64,000 nt of DNA from Felis catus (lineage: Eukaryota). The notes beneath the pieces are model-generated. The model did no database searches. It was not told where the DNA came from and worked only from the letters and a program-made list of their open reading frames with translations. Both the position numbers and the translations under genes were made by a program. This document shows, piece by piece, positions 49,832 through 62,159 of this stretch (positions are counted from its first letter, which is position 1; the number at the start of each line of letters is the position of its first letter). The stretch spans positions 6,326,001 through 6,390,000 of the forward strand of contig NC_058369.1 of assembly GCF_018350175.1 (NCBI RefSeq), given 5' to 3'.

Positions 49832-50360
49832 GAACGGAGTGAGCCAGAGGACTCAGACCCCTTCCCCCCAGCTCCCAAGGTGGGAGCCCTGGGGGACCTG
49901 ACTTGGGTGCTCACGGGCGCCCTCTGGTGGCGTCTTCAGGGAGGACAACCCGTGGGGTTCAAGAAGGGGGATGGAGGGTGCAGGGGGAAAGGGTTAGGGT
50001 TAGGGTGTGGGTACCAGGGTGGACTGTGCTAGTCCCGCTGAGGAATGACAGAGTGAACTAGGATGGGGACCGAGGACTTGGGGAGAAGAAGTGTTCAGAT
50101 GCCGGATGGACGCTGCACGGAGAACTGAGAGCATCTTCTCGGGCCTGGCGGTGAGTGGCAGGGGGCTCCCCGGATTATTTGGGCCTGTGCAATGCGAAGG
50201 GAGAAGCCTCCACTGGCCCAGAAGGCAAAGACGACGCCGGGTCAGACGGAGCGTGGCACACGGGGCTCTTCCGCGACCCTCCGGCGTGTAGTATTTTCAT
50301 TCCTATCAGATCCTGCTGTTTGATTTTGTTCACAGCGCTCAGTGTTACCTGCAATTATCT

Positions 50361-50575
50361 TTTTTTTTTTTTCAACGTTTATTTATTTTTGGGACAGAGA
50401 GAGACAGAGCATGAACGGGGGAGGGGCAGAGAGAGAGGGAGACACAGAATCGGAAACAGGCTCCAGGCTCCGAGCCATCAGCCCAGAGCCCGACGCTGGG
50501 CTCGAACTCACGGACCGCGAGATCGTGACCTGGCTGAAGTCGGACGCTTAACCGACTACGCCACCCAGGCGCCCC
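50361..50575 (-). mobile_element. Young felid-type CanSINE
   Basis: Perfect target duplication acctgcaattatcttt. Confidence 0.95.
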
Positions 50576-50734
50576 ACCTGCAATTATCTTTATCGTAACT
50601 CCCGCCCTCCCGGCCCAACCGCCGCCCACCCCACCCCCCAGCGTGTTTATGGCTGGTTTTCTACCACTCGACTGTCACCTCTCTAAACGAGGGCAGAGAT
50701 CTTGTTTGTTTTACTTAAGGCCACATCCGCCACG

Positions 50735-51185
50735 CAGCAGGCAAGATAAGAGCCCGTCCAAAGATGTTCCCTTCCTCATCCCTGGAACTCTGAATATGTG
50801 AGATTGCCTGGCGAGGGGCATTAAGGTCGTTAATCGGCTGACCCGGAGATGGGGAGATTATCCTGGATTATCTGTGTAATCCCAGTGTGATCACAAGTGT
50901 CCTTAAATGTGGAGGAGGGAGGCCGGGGAGAGAAAACCAGGGAGAAGGCAGCGGGAGAAGGCCTTGGCTTGACGTTGCTGGGATGCATAAGGCGGCCTCT
51001 AGAAGCGGAAAGGCAAAGAAAAGGATTTTCTCCTAGAGCCTCCAGAAGGAAGAGGAACCTTCATTTTTGTTTAGGCAGACAGTTTTGGACCTACGACCCC
51101 CCAGAACCGTATGATAATAAGTGTGTTGTTTTGAGCTACCAAGTTCATGGTGATTTGTCACCGTAGCAGGTAGGAGGTGGATACA
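50735..51185 (+). mobile_element. MLT1 (MaLR) solo LTR
   Basis: aaagatgt...atccctggaac...gagattatcctggattatc...ttctcctagagcctccagaagg...ataca. Confidence 0.85.
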
Positions 51186-51799
51186 CTCAGCTTGGCACCT
51201 AGTAGATGCTCAATAAACATTTGTTAAATGGATGATTGGGAGGTGACTGCAGGGCTCAGAACCGGAGATAGTATAGTCAACCTTAAATTAAAGGGGTTGC
51301 CAGGCAGTCAGGAGGGGGCTGGTGATCTTGGAGTCAATGGGGGGGACACCTTGGGGTTGGGCCAGCTCCTCAGCACTGGGCACGAGGGTGTGTGGACTTC
51401 GAGGTCGGAGCTGGCAAAGGCCCTACATGGGAACAGTCCAGAAACAGGAAAGGGGTGGAGGTGAGGGGCACCTGGGCCTCTCAGTTGGTTGAACGTCTGA
51501 CTCTTGGTTTCAGCTCAGGTCATGATGTCACTGTTCATGAGTTTGAGCCCGGAGCCCTGCATCAGGCTCTGTGCTGGACAGCTTGGAATCCTCTCTCTCT
51601 CCCTCTCTCTCTCTGCTCCTTACCTGATCTGCTCTAAATAAATAAATAAAACTCAAAAAAAAAAAAAAAAGTAACAGGAAAGGGGGTTTCTTGATCACCG
51701 CCCCATCCCACAACTGCTGTTTTCACTGCATCCCAGCGGCTAAGGTGTCTGAGGCGTGTTCTTGTGCTTCTGTCCCCCTCCCCCCAAACCTTAAAACTT

Positions 51800-53690
51800 G
51801 AAATAATTTCATTGTAAAAAAATTTTAGGGTGGTTTGAGGTTTACAGAAAAATTGAACAGAAAATACAGGGATTTCCCATAGTATGAACATCTTGCATTA
51901 GGGTGGTACATTTGTCACGGCTAATGAGCCAACATTGATGCATTATTATAAACGGAAGTCTGTAGTTTACCTAAGGTTCACTGTTGGTGTTGTATCATCC
52001 TTGGGCTTTGACAATGTATACAGACGTGGATTCACTGTTACAGAATTATGCAGAATAGTTTCACTGCCCCCCAAACCCTGGGTTCCGCCTGTTCATCCCT
52101 TGGTCCCTTCTCCAGAGCCCCTGGCAACCACTGATCTTTTTACTTTCTCCGATTTCGTCTTTTTCAGGACGTCATATAGTTGGGATTATACAGTATGTAG
52201 GCTTTTCAGAGTGTGGTTTTGTTTGTTTTACTTAGCAATATGCATTTAAGTTGCCTCCTTTTAGGTGGTTTTTGTTGCTTTAGAAAAATCATGATAAAAT
52301 ATCTGTAATACAAAACTTTTAACCATTTTTAAAGAGATTTGTTTGACGGTAATCTCCACACCCAACATGGGGTTCGAACCTGCAACTCCGAGGTCAAGAA
52401 TCCCAGGCTCCCTGGACTGAGCTGGCCAGGCACCCCGGTTTTAACCATATTTAAATGTACAGTTCAGGGGTGCCTGGGTGGCTGAGTCCGTTGAGCGTCC
52501 AACTCCTGGTTTTGGCTCAGGTCATGATCTCACGGTTTGTGAGTTCGAGCCCCACGTCAGGCTCTGCCCGGACAGCATGGAGCCTGCTTGGGATTCTCTC
52601 TCTCTCTCTCTCTCTCCCTCTCTCTCTTTCTTCCACTCCCTAGCACGTGGTCACTCTCTCTCTCTCTCTCAAAAATAAATAAAAAAATAAATATTTAAAC
52701 GCACAGTTCAATGGCATTAAATACATCACAATATTTTTTGTGCAAGCATCACCATTATCCATTTCCAGAACTTTCCCCCCAGCTTTACTGAAGTACAATT
52801 GGCAAGCAAATTGTACACACTTAAAGTATACATACATACATTCGACATATGTAAACTTTGTGAAACGGTCGCCAGGATCTGGGTAATTAACACAGCCATC
52901 ATCGGCTTACGGTTTTTTTTGTTTGTTTGTTTTGTTTTTTGTCTTTTTTTTTTGTTTTTTTTTTGGAGGTGAGAATGCTTACATTCTACTCTCTTAGCGA
53001 ATTCCCAGACCTTTTTTATCATCCCAAATGGAAACTCTGTACTGTTAACCAGCTCCCCATTATCCCCCCTTCTGCCTCCAGCCCCTGGTAACTTCTAATA
53101 TACTTTCTGCCCATGAATTTGACTACTGTAGATACTTTGTACAAGCAGAATCATACAATCTTTGTCCTTTCGTGTCTGGCTTCTTTCATTCAGTATGATC
53201 TCTTTGAGGGTCATCCCTGTGTCCCTGTTGTAGCCTGAGTCAGAATTTCATTCTTTTCTAAGGCTGAATAATATCACACATATGGATGGACCACACTGTG
53301 TCTTATCCATTTACCCATCCGTGGACACTGGATTACTTTCACCTTTTGGCTACCGTGGACAACACTGCTGTGAAGCTTGGTTAAGACCATCTGTTTGAGG
53401 GGCACCTGGGTGACTCAGTCGGTTAAGCGTCCGGCTTCAGCTCAGGTCATGATCTCGTGGTCCGTGAGTTCCAGCCCCGTGTGGGGCTCTGTGCTGACAG
53501 CTCGGAGCCTGGAGCCTGCTTCGCATTCTGTGTCTCCCTCTCTCTCTGCCCCTCCCCAGTTCACGCTTTGTCTCTCTCTGTCTCAAAAATAAATAAATGT
53601 TTTTTTAAAAAAAAAAAGACCATCTGTTTGAGTTCCTGCCGTCTACTCTTTTTGGATATGTATCTCACAGTGGAATTACTGGATCATACA
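51800..53690 (-). mobile_element. Nested L1 fragments with several CanSINEs
   Basis: ggtttacagaaaaattgaacagaaaatacag; aatcatacaatctttgtcctttcgtgtctggcttctttca. Confidence 0.8.
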
Positions 53691-54935
53691 GGGATCGTGT
53701 CTTTTTTGTCTCCTATATTTAAACTGGCGAATTCACTAGGTGAAAAATGGTATCTACCTAAATTATTTTCACTCATGTTTCTTTGGTTCAAAGTAACCCT
53801 GAACGCCTGGCCCGTTGGAGGTTTTATTTTCTCTTGGAAACGGTCTCTTGATACTATTTGCTTGTTATCTAGAAGGTGGAACCTCATCAACTTGAAAACA
53901 CCCTTTGTATACTAGAGATATGGACCTCTTTTGTATGCTGCTTGTTGAATATACGTCCCCATTCTGTTGCTTATATTTTCATTTTTGGCATTTCTTTTTC
54001 GATATGTAGACGTTTTTATTTTCATGGAGTGAAAGCTTGACGTTGTTATTATCATGTTTTTGGTGATGTTATGCTTAATAAGTGCTTTCTGTTGGAAGAT
54101 TGACGCACACCTAATTCTACATTCATCTAAGTTTTTTCTAGAAGAATAGAAAATCGTAAGTTTAGCCAATTAGATTTACACTCTCTTTAAGATCTAGCTT
54201 TTTTTTTTTTAAGTTATTTTTTTTAGAGAGAGCGCGTGTGTGAGTGGGGGAGAGGGACAGGGAGAGAGAGGGAATCTCAAGCCCTATTGTGGGGCTCGAT
54301 CCCATGACCCTGGGATCATGCCCTGAGCCAAAATCGAGAGTCGGATGCTCATCAACTGAGCCACACAGGGGCCCCTAGATCTAGCTTTTAAATACACATT
54401 TTAAAGACTTTACAAATTTCCTTCTCAAATTACCAGATAATTATCTCAGCCCCTCTTACTAAATGACAGAATCGAGAAAATTTTTTCTTTTTTCAAGTGA
54501 TTGGGAGGCACTTTTGAAATTAATTTGTTAAAAAATGGGGGTGTATTTCTAGGTCAGTTCTTCTGATATATTGATTTAACTGCCTACCTATATTTGTGCC
54601 TATGTGAATTAATTTATCTTAAAAAATTGTTTTTAAATGTTTATTTATTTTTGAGAGAAAGAGAGACCGAGCACGGGCGCAGGGCAGGAACAGAGAGAGA
54701 GGGAGACACAGAATTGGAAACAGGCTCCAGGCTCTGAGCTGTCGGCACAGAGTCCCACGCGGGGCTCGAATCCCCAAACCGTGACCTGAGCCGAAGCTGG
54801 ACGCTTAACCGACTGAGTCCCCCAGGCGCTCCTATTTTAGCTTTTAAATATTTTAATACCTGAGAATGTTATTGCTGTCCTGATTACCTTCTTTTCCATA
54901 TTTTCTTCTTGGTGCTGATTTAATTATTTTTAGAT

Positions 54936-55131
54936 CAGTGGTTCCCAGCCAGGGTTACCTTCCAGGGAACACTTGGCAATGTCTGGAGACAATTTTGGTT
55001 GTCACAACTGGGGCAGTGTTACTGGCATAGGGGCCAGGGGTGCTGCTAACATCCTACAGTAATAGGAGAGCCCCCGTGACAAAGAACGGTCTGGCTCTAC
55101 ATGTCCACAGCCCCAAGGATGAGAAACCCTC
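54936..55131 (+). mobile_element. MER20 hAT element
   Basis: cagtggttc...ggcaatgtctggagacaattttggttgtcacaactgggg...gagaaaccct. Confidence 0.85.
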
Positions 55132-56054
55132 CTCTAGACGAACTTCAGGATAATTTCCATATATTTTTTTTAGATATAAATTTTTTAGAAGATTTTTTAA
55201 GGTTTATTTATTTTTAATTAATTAATGTGTGTATTTATGTATGTATGTATTTATTGATGTTTTTATTTTATTTTTGAGAGACAGAGAGAGACAGCATGAG
55301 TGGGGGAGGAGCAGAGAGAGAGGGAGACACAGAATCCGAAGCAGGCTCCAGGCTCCGAGCTGTCAGCACAGAGCCCAATGCCGGGCTCGAACCCGCAAAC
55401 TGTGACATCATGACCTGAGCTGAAGTCGGACACCTAACCGACTAAGCCACCCAGGCGCCCCTAAGGTTTATTTATTTTTGAGAGAGAGAGAGAGAGCACG
55501 AGTGAGGAGTGGTAGAGAGAGAGGGAGACAAAGAAAGCCAAGCAGGCTCTAGGCTCCTCACTGTCAGCACAGAGCCTGATGCAGGGCTTGAACTCACCAA
55601 CCGTGAGATCATGACCTGAGCTGAAGTCGGATGCCTAACCGACTGAGCCACCCACGTGCCCCTTTCTTTTTTCTTTCTTTCTTTCTTTTTTTAAAATAGC
55701 CTTCATGCCCAGCACGGAGCCCAATGCGGGGCTTGAATCCACCACCCTGAGATCAAGACGTGAGCTGAGATCAAGAGCCGGATGCTTAACGGACTGAGCC
55801 ACCCAGACACCCCGGCTTTTCCATCTTCCAAGCATTTTGGTTGTTCAATGTAGTTACTCTCTAGATTCTCTGCAACTCGCTTGGCGGAAGCCTCAATCTC
55901 CACAAAGCTGCAGTGGCGTCACAAACCAGGAGAAGCCCCTCACTCAGCGATTCCAAGGGGCTGTACCTCGGCTACACTGCAGGGGTCAGGAAAGCGTGTG
56001 TTCAAGTGTGGGCTCAAGACAGAAGCGTGGGGTGGGTCTGACGACTCAAAATCC

Positions 56055-56455
56055 GATGGATAATGGAATATCATTCAGCCATAAAAAGGCATGAAGTGCT
56101 AATCCCTGCTACAATATGGATACAACTTGCAAGCATTATACTAAGTAGTGAACGTAGTCAGGCACAAAAGGTCACATGTTATATGATTCCATTTATATGG
56201 AATGTCCAGAATAGGCAAATCCAGAGAGACAGAAAGTAGACTGGTGGTTGCCAGCGGCTGGGGGGAGGGGAAATGAGAAGTGTCTGCTCAGTGGGTATGG
56301 GGTTTCCACTTGGGACAATGAAACAAAATTTGTAGTTAGTGTCATGGTTGCACAGCATTGTGCATATACTAAATATCCCTGAATTGTACACTGGAAAATG
56401 GTTAAAGTGGTAAATTCTATGTTATGCACCTTTTACCACAATAAAAAAAAAAAAT
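56055..56455 (+). mobile_element. L1 3' end with A-tail
   Basis: atgattccatttatatggaatgtccagaataggcaaatccagagagacagaaagtag...caataaaaaaaa. Confidence 0.88.
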
Positions 56456-59400
56456 CAAAACAATAAACCATTGTATTTGAATAGGGGTCAGAAATGGAGA
56501 TTTATTTTTAAAAATTTTTTAATGTTTATTCTTTTTTTTTTTTTTTTTGAGAGACAGAGCACAAGCAGGGGAGGGGCAGAGAGAGAGGGAGACACAGAAT
56601 CCCAAGCAGGCTCCAGGTTCTTAGCTGTCAGCACAGAGCCCGACGCGGGGCTCAAACTCACGAACCGTGAGACCGTGACCTGGGCCGAAGTCGTCGGACC
56701 CCCAGCCGACTGAGCCACCCAAGCGCCCCACAATTAGAACTTTTTTATTTTGTAAAAAAATTTTAAAAAACAAATTTTTTTAACGTTTATTTATTTTTGA
56801 GACAGAGAGAGACAGAGCATGAATGGGGGAGGATCAGAGAGAGAGGGAGACACAGAATCCGAAACAGGCTCCAGGCTCTGAGCTGTCAGCACAGAGCCCG
56901 ACGTGGGGCTTGAACTCACGGACCGTGAGATCATGACCTGAGCCGAAGTCGGACGCTTAACCGACTGAGCCACCCAGGCGCCCCTGTAAAAAATTTTTTA
57001 AGGTTTATTTTTGAAAGAGAGAGAGAGGCAGACAAAGCATGAGCAGGGGAGGGGCAGAGAGAGAGGGAGACCCAGAATCCAAAGCAGGCTCCAGGCTCTG
57101 AGCTGTCGGCACAGAGCCCGACGCGGGGTTCAAACTCATGAACAGTGAGATCGTGACCTGAGCCGAAGTCAGACGTTCAACCGACTGAGCCACCCAGGCG
57201 CCCCCATGTCCGTTTTCTTATACCAAGGTCACACCCTGCCTTTATAGCCTCCAAATTAAAAAAAAAAAGGGGAAAAAATACATGACTATTGTAAGTTACT
57301 ATAACTTATTGATGCAAACCCTATGTGAATGGTACAAGAGATGAAAAAGAAAAGAGAAAGAACAAGAAAAATTTGAAATATTTGAATTGACTAGATATTT
57401 TGAGGAGAATGGATAGGTCTCCCTGCTTCTCGGGGGAAAAATTATTTAGGTCGGTTCCAGATTTTGTTACCATGAATAGCCTTGTGAATATGTATACACA
57501 TATATATTTACTCACAGGAGTCTATCTGTGCAGCATATAAATTCCTGGAAAGGAGATGAAAGGCAGAAAGGGTCAGTGCAATTTAGTTGTTGAAAGTCAT
57601 TGCCAAATCACGTCCCATTGATCGACCTAATTTATAACAGTGATTGCGAGAGTGTCCGCTTTCTTACAAACATTCACACTGTGTTGCCCATTTTTCTGAC
57701 TGTGGCAAACTCAGTGAAAATGATGTGGCCATATCTCCAACGAGGAAGAAAGCTGAACATCTTTTTATATGTTTAAACACCTTTTGTATTCCGTTTTTTT
57801 TTTCTTTCCTTTTCATTAGTCTGTTTCTGTGGGCTCCCCGTTCACGTCCTTTGCCATTTTAATCTTGGCAAACAAGAGTTTGGATTTTTTTTTCTCACTG
57901 AAAAATGTTAATATTATGTTTTGCATATTTTGTAATATAACGTGTGTCCTTTATCTGTCATTTAATTTTTTTCCTCACTTAATTTTTTTTCTCACTTTTA
58001 AAAATCTGATTTTCGGCTTTATGTATGAATTTTGTTTTTTGCTCTCCCTATAATCTGAGTTTTCACGTAGCCAAATTTGTTATTTTTGGATTTTTGACTT
58101 GGGACTTATGCCTTGCTTTAAGAAATATTCCCTACTTTGAAATTTTAAAACAGTATTTCCACATTGTAGAGTCTCATGGTTTCATTTTTGAGTGGCTGCG
58201 GAATTCATCAGATACATTTGTAGCATCATGGAGGGGCTCATGTGCCTTCTCTTCTTGGATCTATTAAAACAATGATCTCCACGACTCTAGACTCCCTAGC
58301 ATTGAACCATCTTTGCACTCCTGGGCTGAGTCCCAGTTGATCCTGGGGTTGGTGGTTTTTTTTGTTTTTTTTGTTTTTAATTTGCCTGGTTCTATTAGTA
58401 AATTCTCCATGCTGGGTTTTTGCAATGCTATTTACAAGTGAACTCATTCTCTAATTCTGCGCCCCCCCCCCCCCCAAATGTAATGTATTAAAGCAGGTTT
58501 CCGTGACAACACAGGAGTCTGGGTTTACGCTTGGTTTCCTGCTTCAATGCAATGGAGAGCAGCTAGATGGAGGAAGAATGCACCAGAGAGACCTAACAGA
58601 GGATGCTGGGCAGGTTGGTGGTGAGGTCTCCCCCGCGCCTTCTTTGATGGGCCACGAAGGGGTTCATTGCCTACATTCAAGAACGATGAACCAAGCTCAC
58701 TTTCTCTCTAGATCACGCCTTCAGAGTGCAATGTGTTTAAATGTCAAACCAAAGCCAACCGAACAAAAACAAAGCGAAATGAAAGGCCCCCAAATGAGTT
58801 TTTCAAAATTTAAAACTTTTCATTTTGCCATGACGGTGGGGCTCCGTGAAAAGCTGCACAGAGAGTGCAGGGAGTCCCTTTGTGCACTCTCTTCACCGGA
58901 TCCACACATTGTATCCAACGTCCTCACATCTGCTTTGTTCTCTCTCTGCCTCTTTCTTTTTTCTAAACGATTTGAAAGTCCGTTGCAGACATTCTGCCCC
59001 TTTATCCCTATACATAACTTCATTCAGTATGTCCTTCCTAAAACCAGAGACATTCTCTCCCGTCGCCTCAGCGCGACGATTAAATTAAAACCGATTCAAT
59101 ACTATTATAGAATTGATGGCACTTTTTGAGTTTTCTCCAATTGTCCTGGTCATTGTTACATGACCAAAGAAAATCCAGAAGCAACGTTGGTCACTTAACG
59201 AGGGTGATGTCTGCCAGCTTTCTCCTCTGTGAAGCTGTTTTTTTCCTTTCCCTTATCATCCATCGACAGGTAGTATCTTGCAGAGCGGTACTTGGGGACC
59301 ATAGAAGCCCTCTTTGACTTCCCTAATCTCCAACCATTAATTTTAACATTCATGGATGGTTCTCGCCTGAACGGATTATTTGGAGACTGCCAAATGGTGG

Positions 59401-61632
59401 TTTTTTTACTTCTGTTCCAATGATTTTAATAAAAGGCAGAGACTGACTTTCAATTTTTAGAAGCCTGGGTTTTTTTTGGGGGGGGGTCCTGGGGGTGTTT
59501 ACAAAAGAAAACGTGCTGTCAGGAAGTGGTGATGTCTCCATTGTCTCTCAGCAAGTCACAGCTGAAATGATTCTTTCGACTTGTACCCAACACACAAGTC
59601 CCGTGTCCCGAAGGAGTTCCAGGGGACGGCGTGTCCCTTTCCACGCGTTTTCTAGGACACGCTGCCCGTCTGGAACTGCAGTGGCTTTGGGGGCTTCCGT
59701 GGATCAGAGGGAAGCCCACAGCTCTGCCCAGGTTTGCACAAGGAGGACGGGGGACCTTTCTCGAACCCACCATTCTTCATACCCTCAGGCTGTACTGCCT
59801 TCCATTCCTTCTCCTTGGGTTCACGCTTGGCCCATTGCAGAGGGTGAGATATTATGGGAAAGACAATCAGATTATGTCAGCCCTTTTGTGTAAACCGTCT
59901 AGGGGCTGCCCATTGCTTTTAGGAAAAGGTGGTTTGGGAAGGGGCTTAACCGGGTATATTAAGGCTCTTCCCCTTCTCTGTGTTCTGGCTCAGGCAGATG
60001 GGAGATGCTGGTCTCCCCACCTGGATGCCTCCTTGAGCTTTCCTTGGCTTTCCTTGGCTTCCTTTCCTTCCTCACCTTCACTCACTTCCTCAGAGGATCC
60101 TACCCTCCCCCCCCCCCCCTTTACGCCCCAGCATTGTCTCATCAAGGGCCCTCTCCGGGGTCCAGACTGTGAGGAACCCGAGTGTGTTTATTTTGCTCAC
60201 TGTAAATCCTCATTACTTACTGCATGTTGATTCTCCCATTCAACAAATATTTATTAAGCAACAGATACATTAGGCACTGGGTGTAAAGAGTGACACGTAG
60301 TGAAGGCTGGCAGATTCCTGCTGCACGGGGAGGGGAGAAGATACACGAAAAACCCCAAGGAATTTCAGGACGCGCTGGTGCGGTGTAAATGACAGAAAAG
60401 GGAACAAAGGGATGAGGCGCGGGGGCGTTTGCAAAGTGTGGTCTGGGAAGGTTCCTTGGAGCACCGTGGTGGAAACAGGCACCGGAGGGACAGGCGGAAG
60501 GAACAGCCAGGGTAGGGGCCTGGAGGCAGGAGTAGGTTTGGCGTGTTCGAGGGACCGTGGGCTCAGCTCCTGGCCAACGAATATTCGTTTCATAGACAAG
60601 AGGAAGAATGAGTGCCCGCCCCCCGCCCCGCTCCTGGAATCGCGCTGGGTGCTGTCTCGGGCGTTCTCTTCCCTTGCGCCTCCTCAAGTCTGACACGCAG
60701 GTATTGTTACATCCATTACGCAGCGGAGGCCAACCCGCCGAGAGTCAAGTCCCGAGTCCAAGGCCGCACAGGAAGTGAGGGGAGGGGGAGCCAGACTCCA
60801 CTCGGCTCAGGCTTTCCTGTACTTAAGGCTCCTTCCCCCCCCCCCCCCCCCTCAGGGAGGCGGGCGGACCACCATCGAGCCCTATTCGCGGACCGCATTT
60901 GCTGGACACGCAGACACCCCCGGACGCTGGGTCTGTGCGTTGAAAATCGGGCGTGTCCACCTGTGCTGTCACCGGGATCTGCAGGGCCCCGTTTGCTCTC
61001 TGGCGAGCTTCTGCACGTTCTCTCCAACTTCCACCACAGGCCGCACGCCTCAGGCCACCTCCCGTCACCCCTGCCACGGAGCACACCGAGCGCCCTGGGC
61101 GCGCGTGCACGCGGCTGTCCCCAGGGCCCTGGCGCTGGGCGGGGGCGCCCGCGCGCGTCTACTACGGGGCGCGCCGGCAGGACTGGGACCAGGGTGACGC
61201 GGGCGCAACATTTAAGGGAGTCCCGAAAACCCGAGCGACCAAGATAAATAGCGTTTTAATGAAATAGTAAAAAAAAAAAAAAAAAAAAAAAAATCAAAAT
61301 GAGCCTCCCAAAGACCAAGGGAACGAGATAGCCATAGAAACATTAAAAAAGGGCTCCGTGTCGCTGGGTCTGGCATGTGGGGCGCCCCCAAGCTCCGGGA
61401 CGCGGGTCGCGGGGGGTCTGGGGCGCCCCCTCGGCTGGGACGCGCCGGGGGCCGTCCTGCGCTGGGGCCCGGGGCGGGGAGGCCGGCGGGCGGGGCCGGG
61501 CGGGGCGGGGCCTCCCTCTCCCGGGCCTCCCCCCTCCCCTCCCGGGCCTCTCCAGGGCGTCGAGTCCCTTCCCGGTGCCGATCCACGCCGCCTTTTCCCG
61601 CCACCCGCACGGGGCCCAGCTGACGGGCCGCG

Positions 61633-61640
61633 TTGTTTAC
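61633..61640 (+). promoter_or_regulatory. FOXO binding element (TTGTTTAC) in the INSR promoter
   Basis: Perfect FOXO/DBE consensus standing out as an AT-rich word in a CpG island; FOXO feedback on insulin receptor transcription is established. Confidence 0.7.
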
Positions 61641-61998
61641 GGCCGAGCAGCCCTCGCTCCCGCCGCCCGCCCGCCACTCGCCGGCCCAGGTGCCCGCCCG
61701 CCCGTCCGCGCGTCGGTCTGTCCGCGCGTCCGTCTGTCTCGGCGTTCGCAGATCGCGGCCCAGAGCGCTCGGGGCGCAGCGAGGGGGCTCCGGACCCGGA
61801 GGTCGCGGACGGGGCCCGGGCCGCCGCGGTGCGGGGTCGGGGCCGCCTCCGCCGGATCGGTAGCGGCCGAGGCCCCGCGCCCCTCCTGGGGCCGTTCCGA
61901 GGGCCCTCCCGGGCGGGGGCTGCGGCGCGCGGGGCCGCCGGCGTGGAAGAGAAGGACGCGCGTCCCCCCCAGCGCCGCTCGGGCGGCCGCCTCGGAGC

Positions 61999-62031
61999 AT
62001 GACCCCCGCGGGCCGGCGCCGCGCGCTCTGA
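61999..62031 (+). other. uORF in the INSR 5' UTR ([10 protein letters not shown])
   Basis: ATG ACC CCC GCG GGC CGG CGC CGC GCG CTC TGA; out of frame with the main ORF and ending 28 nt before the INSR ATG. Confidence 0.85.
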
Positions 62032-62059
62032 GCCGCCGGGACCCCGCGCTCCAGCAGCC

Positions 62060-62159
62060 ATGGGCGCCGGGGCTGGGCGGGGGGCGGCCACCGCGCCGCT
62101 GCTGGTGGCGGTGGCCGCGCTGCTGCTGGGCGCCGCGGGCCACCTGTACCCCGGAGAGG
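62060..62159 (+). CDS. INSR: Insulin receptor coding exon 1 (signal peptide plus start of the alpha subunit); the gene continues beyond the window
   Basis: Translates [33 protein letters not shown], and HLYPGE is the mature insulin receptor N-terminus. Kozak context gccATGG; 100 coding nt then a phase-1 donor GAGG|GTGAGT at 62160. Confidence 0.98.

Larger units (their letters stand above)
54199..57205 (-). mobile_element. Eight or more antisense CanSINEs, some nested
   Basis: Heads near 54375, 54832, 55461, 55662, 55813, 56729, 56984 and 57205. Confidence 0.88.

Noticed and set aside
49991..50005. Interstitial telomeric TTAGGG
   Set aside because: Only about two copies, consistent with chance.
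58503..59129. 208-aa ORF
   Set aside because: Non-ATG start, spans old L1-like fragments, no recognisable protein.
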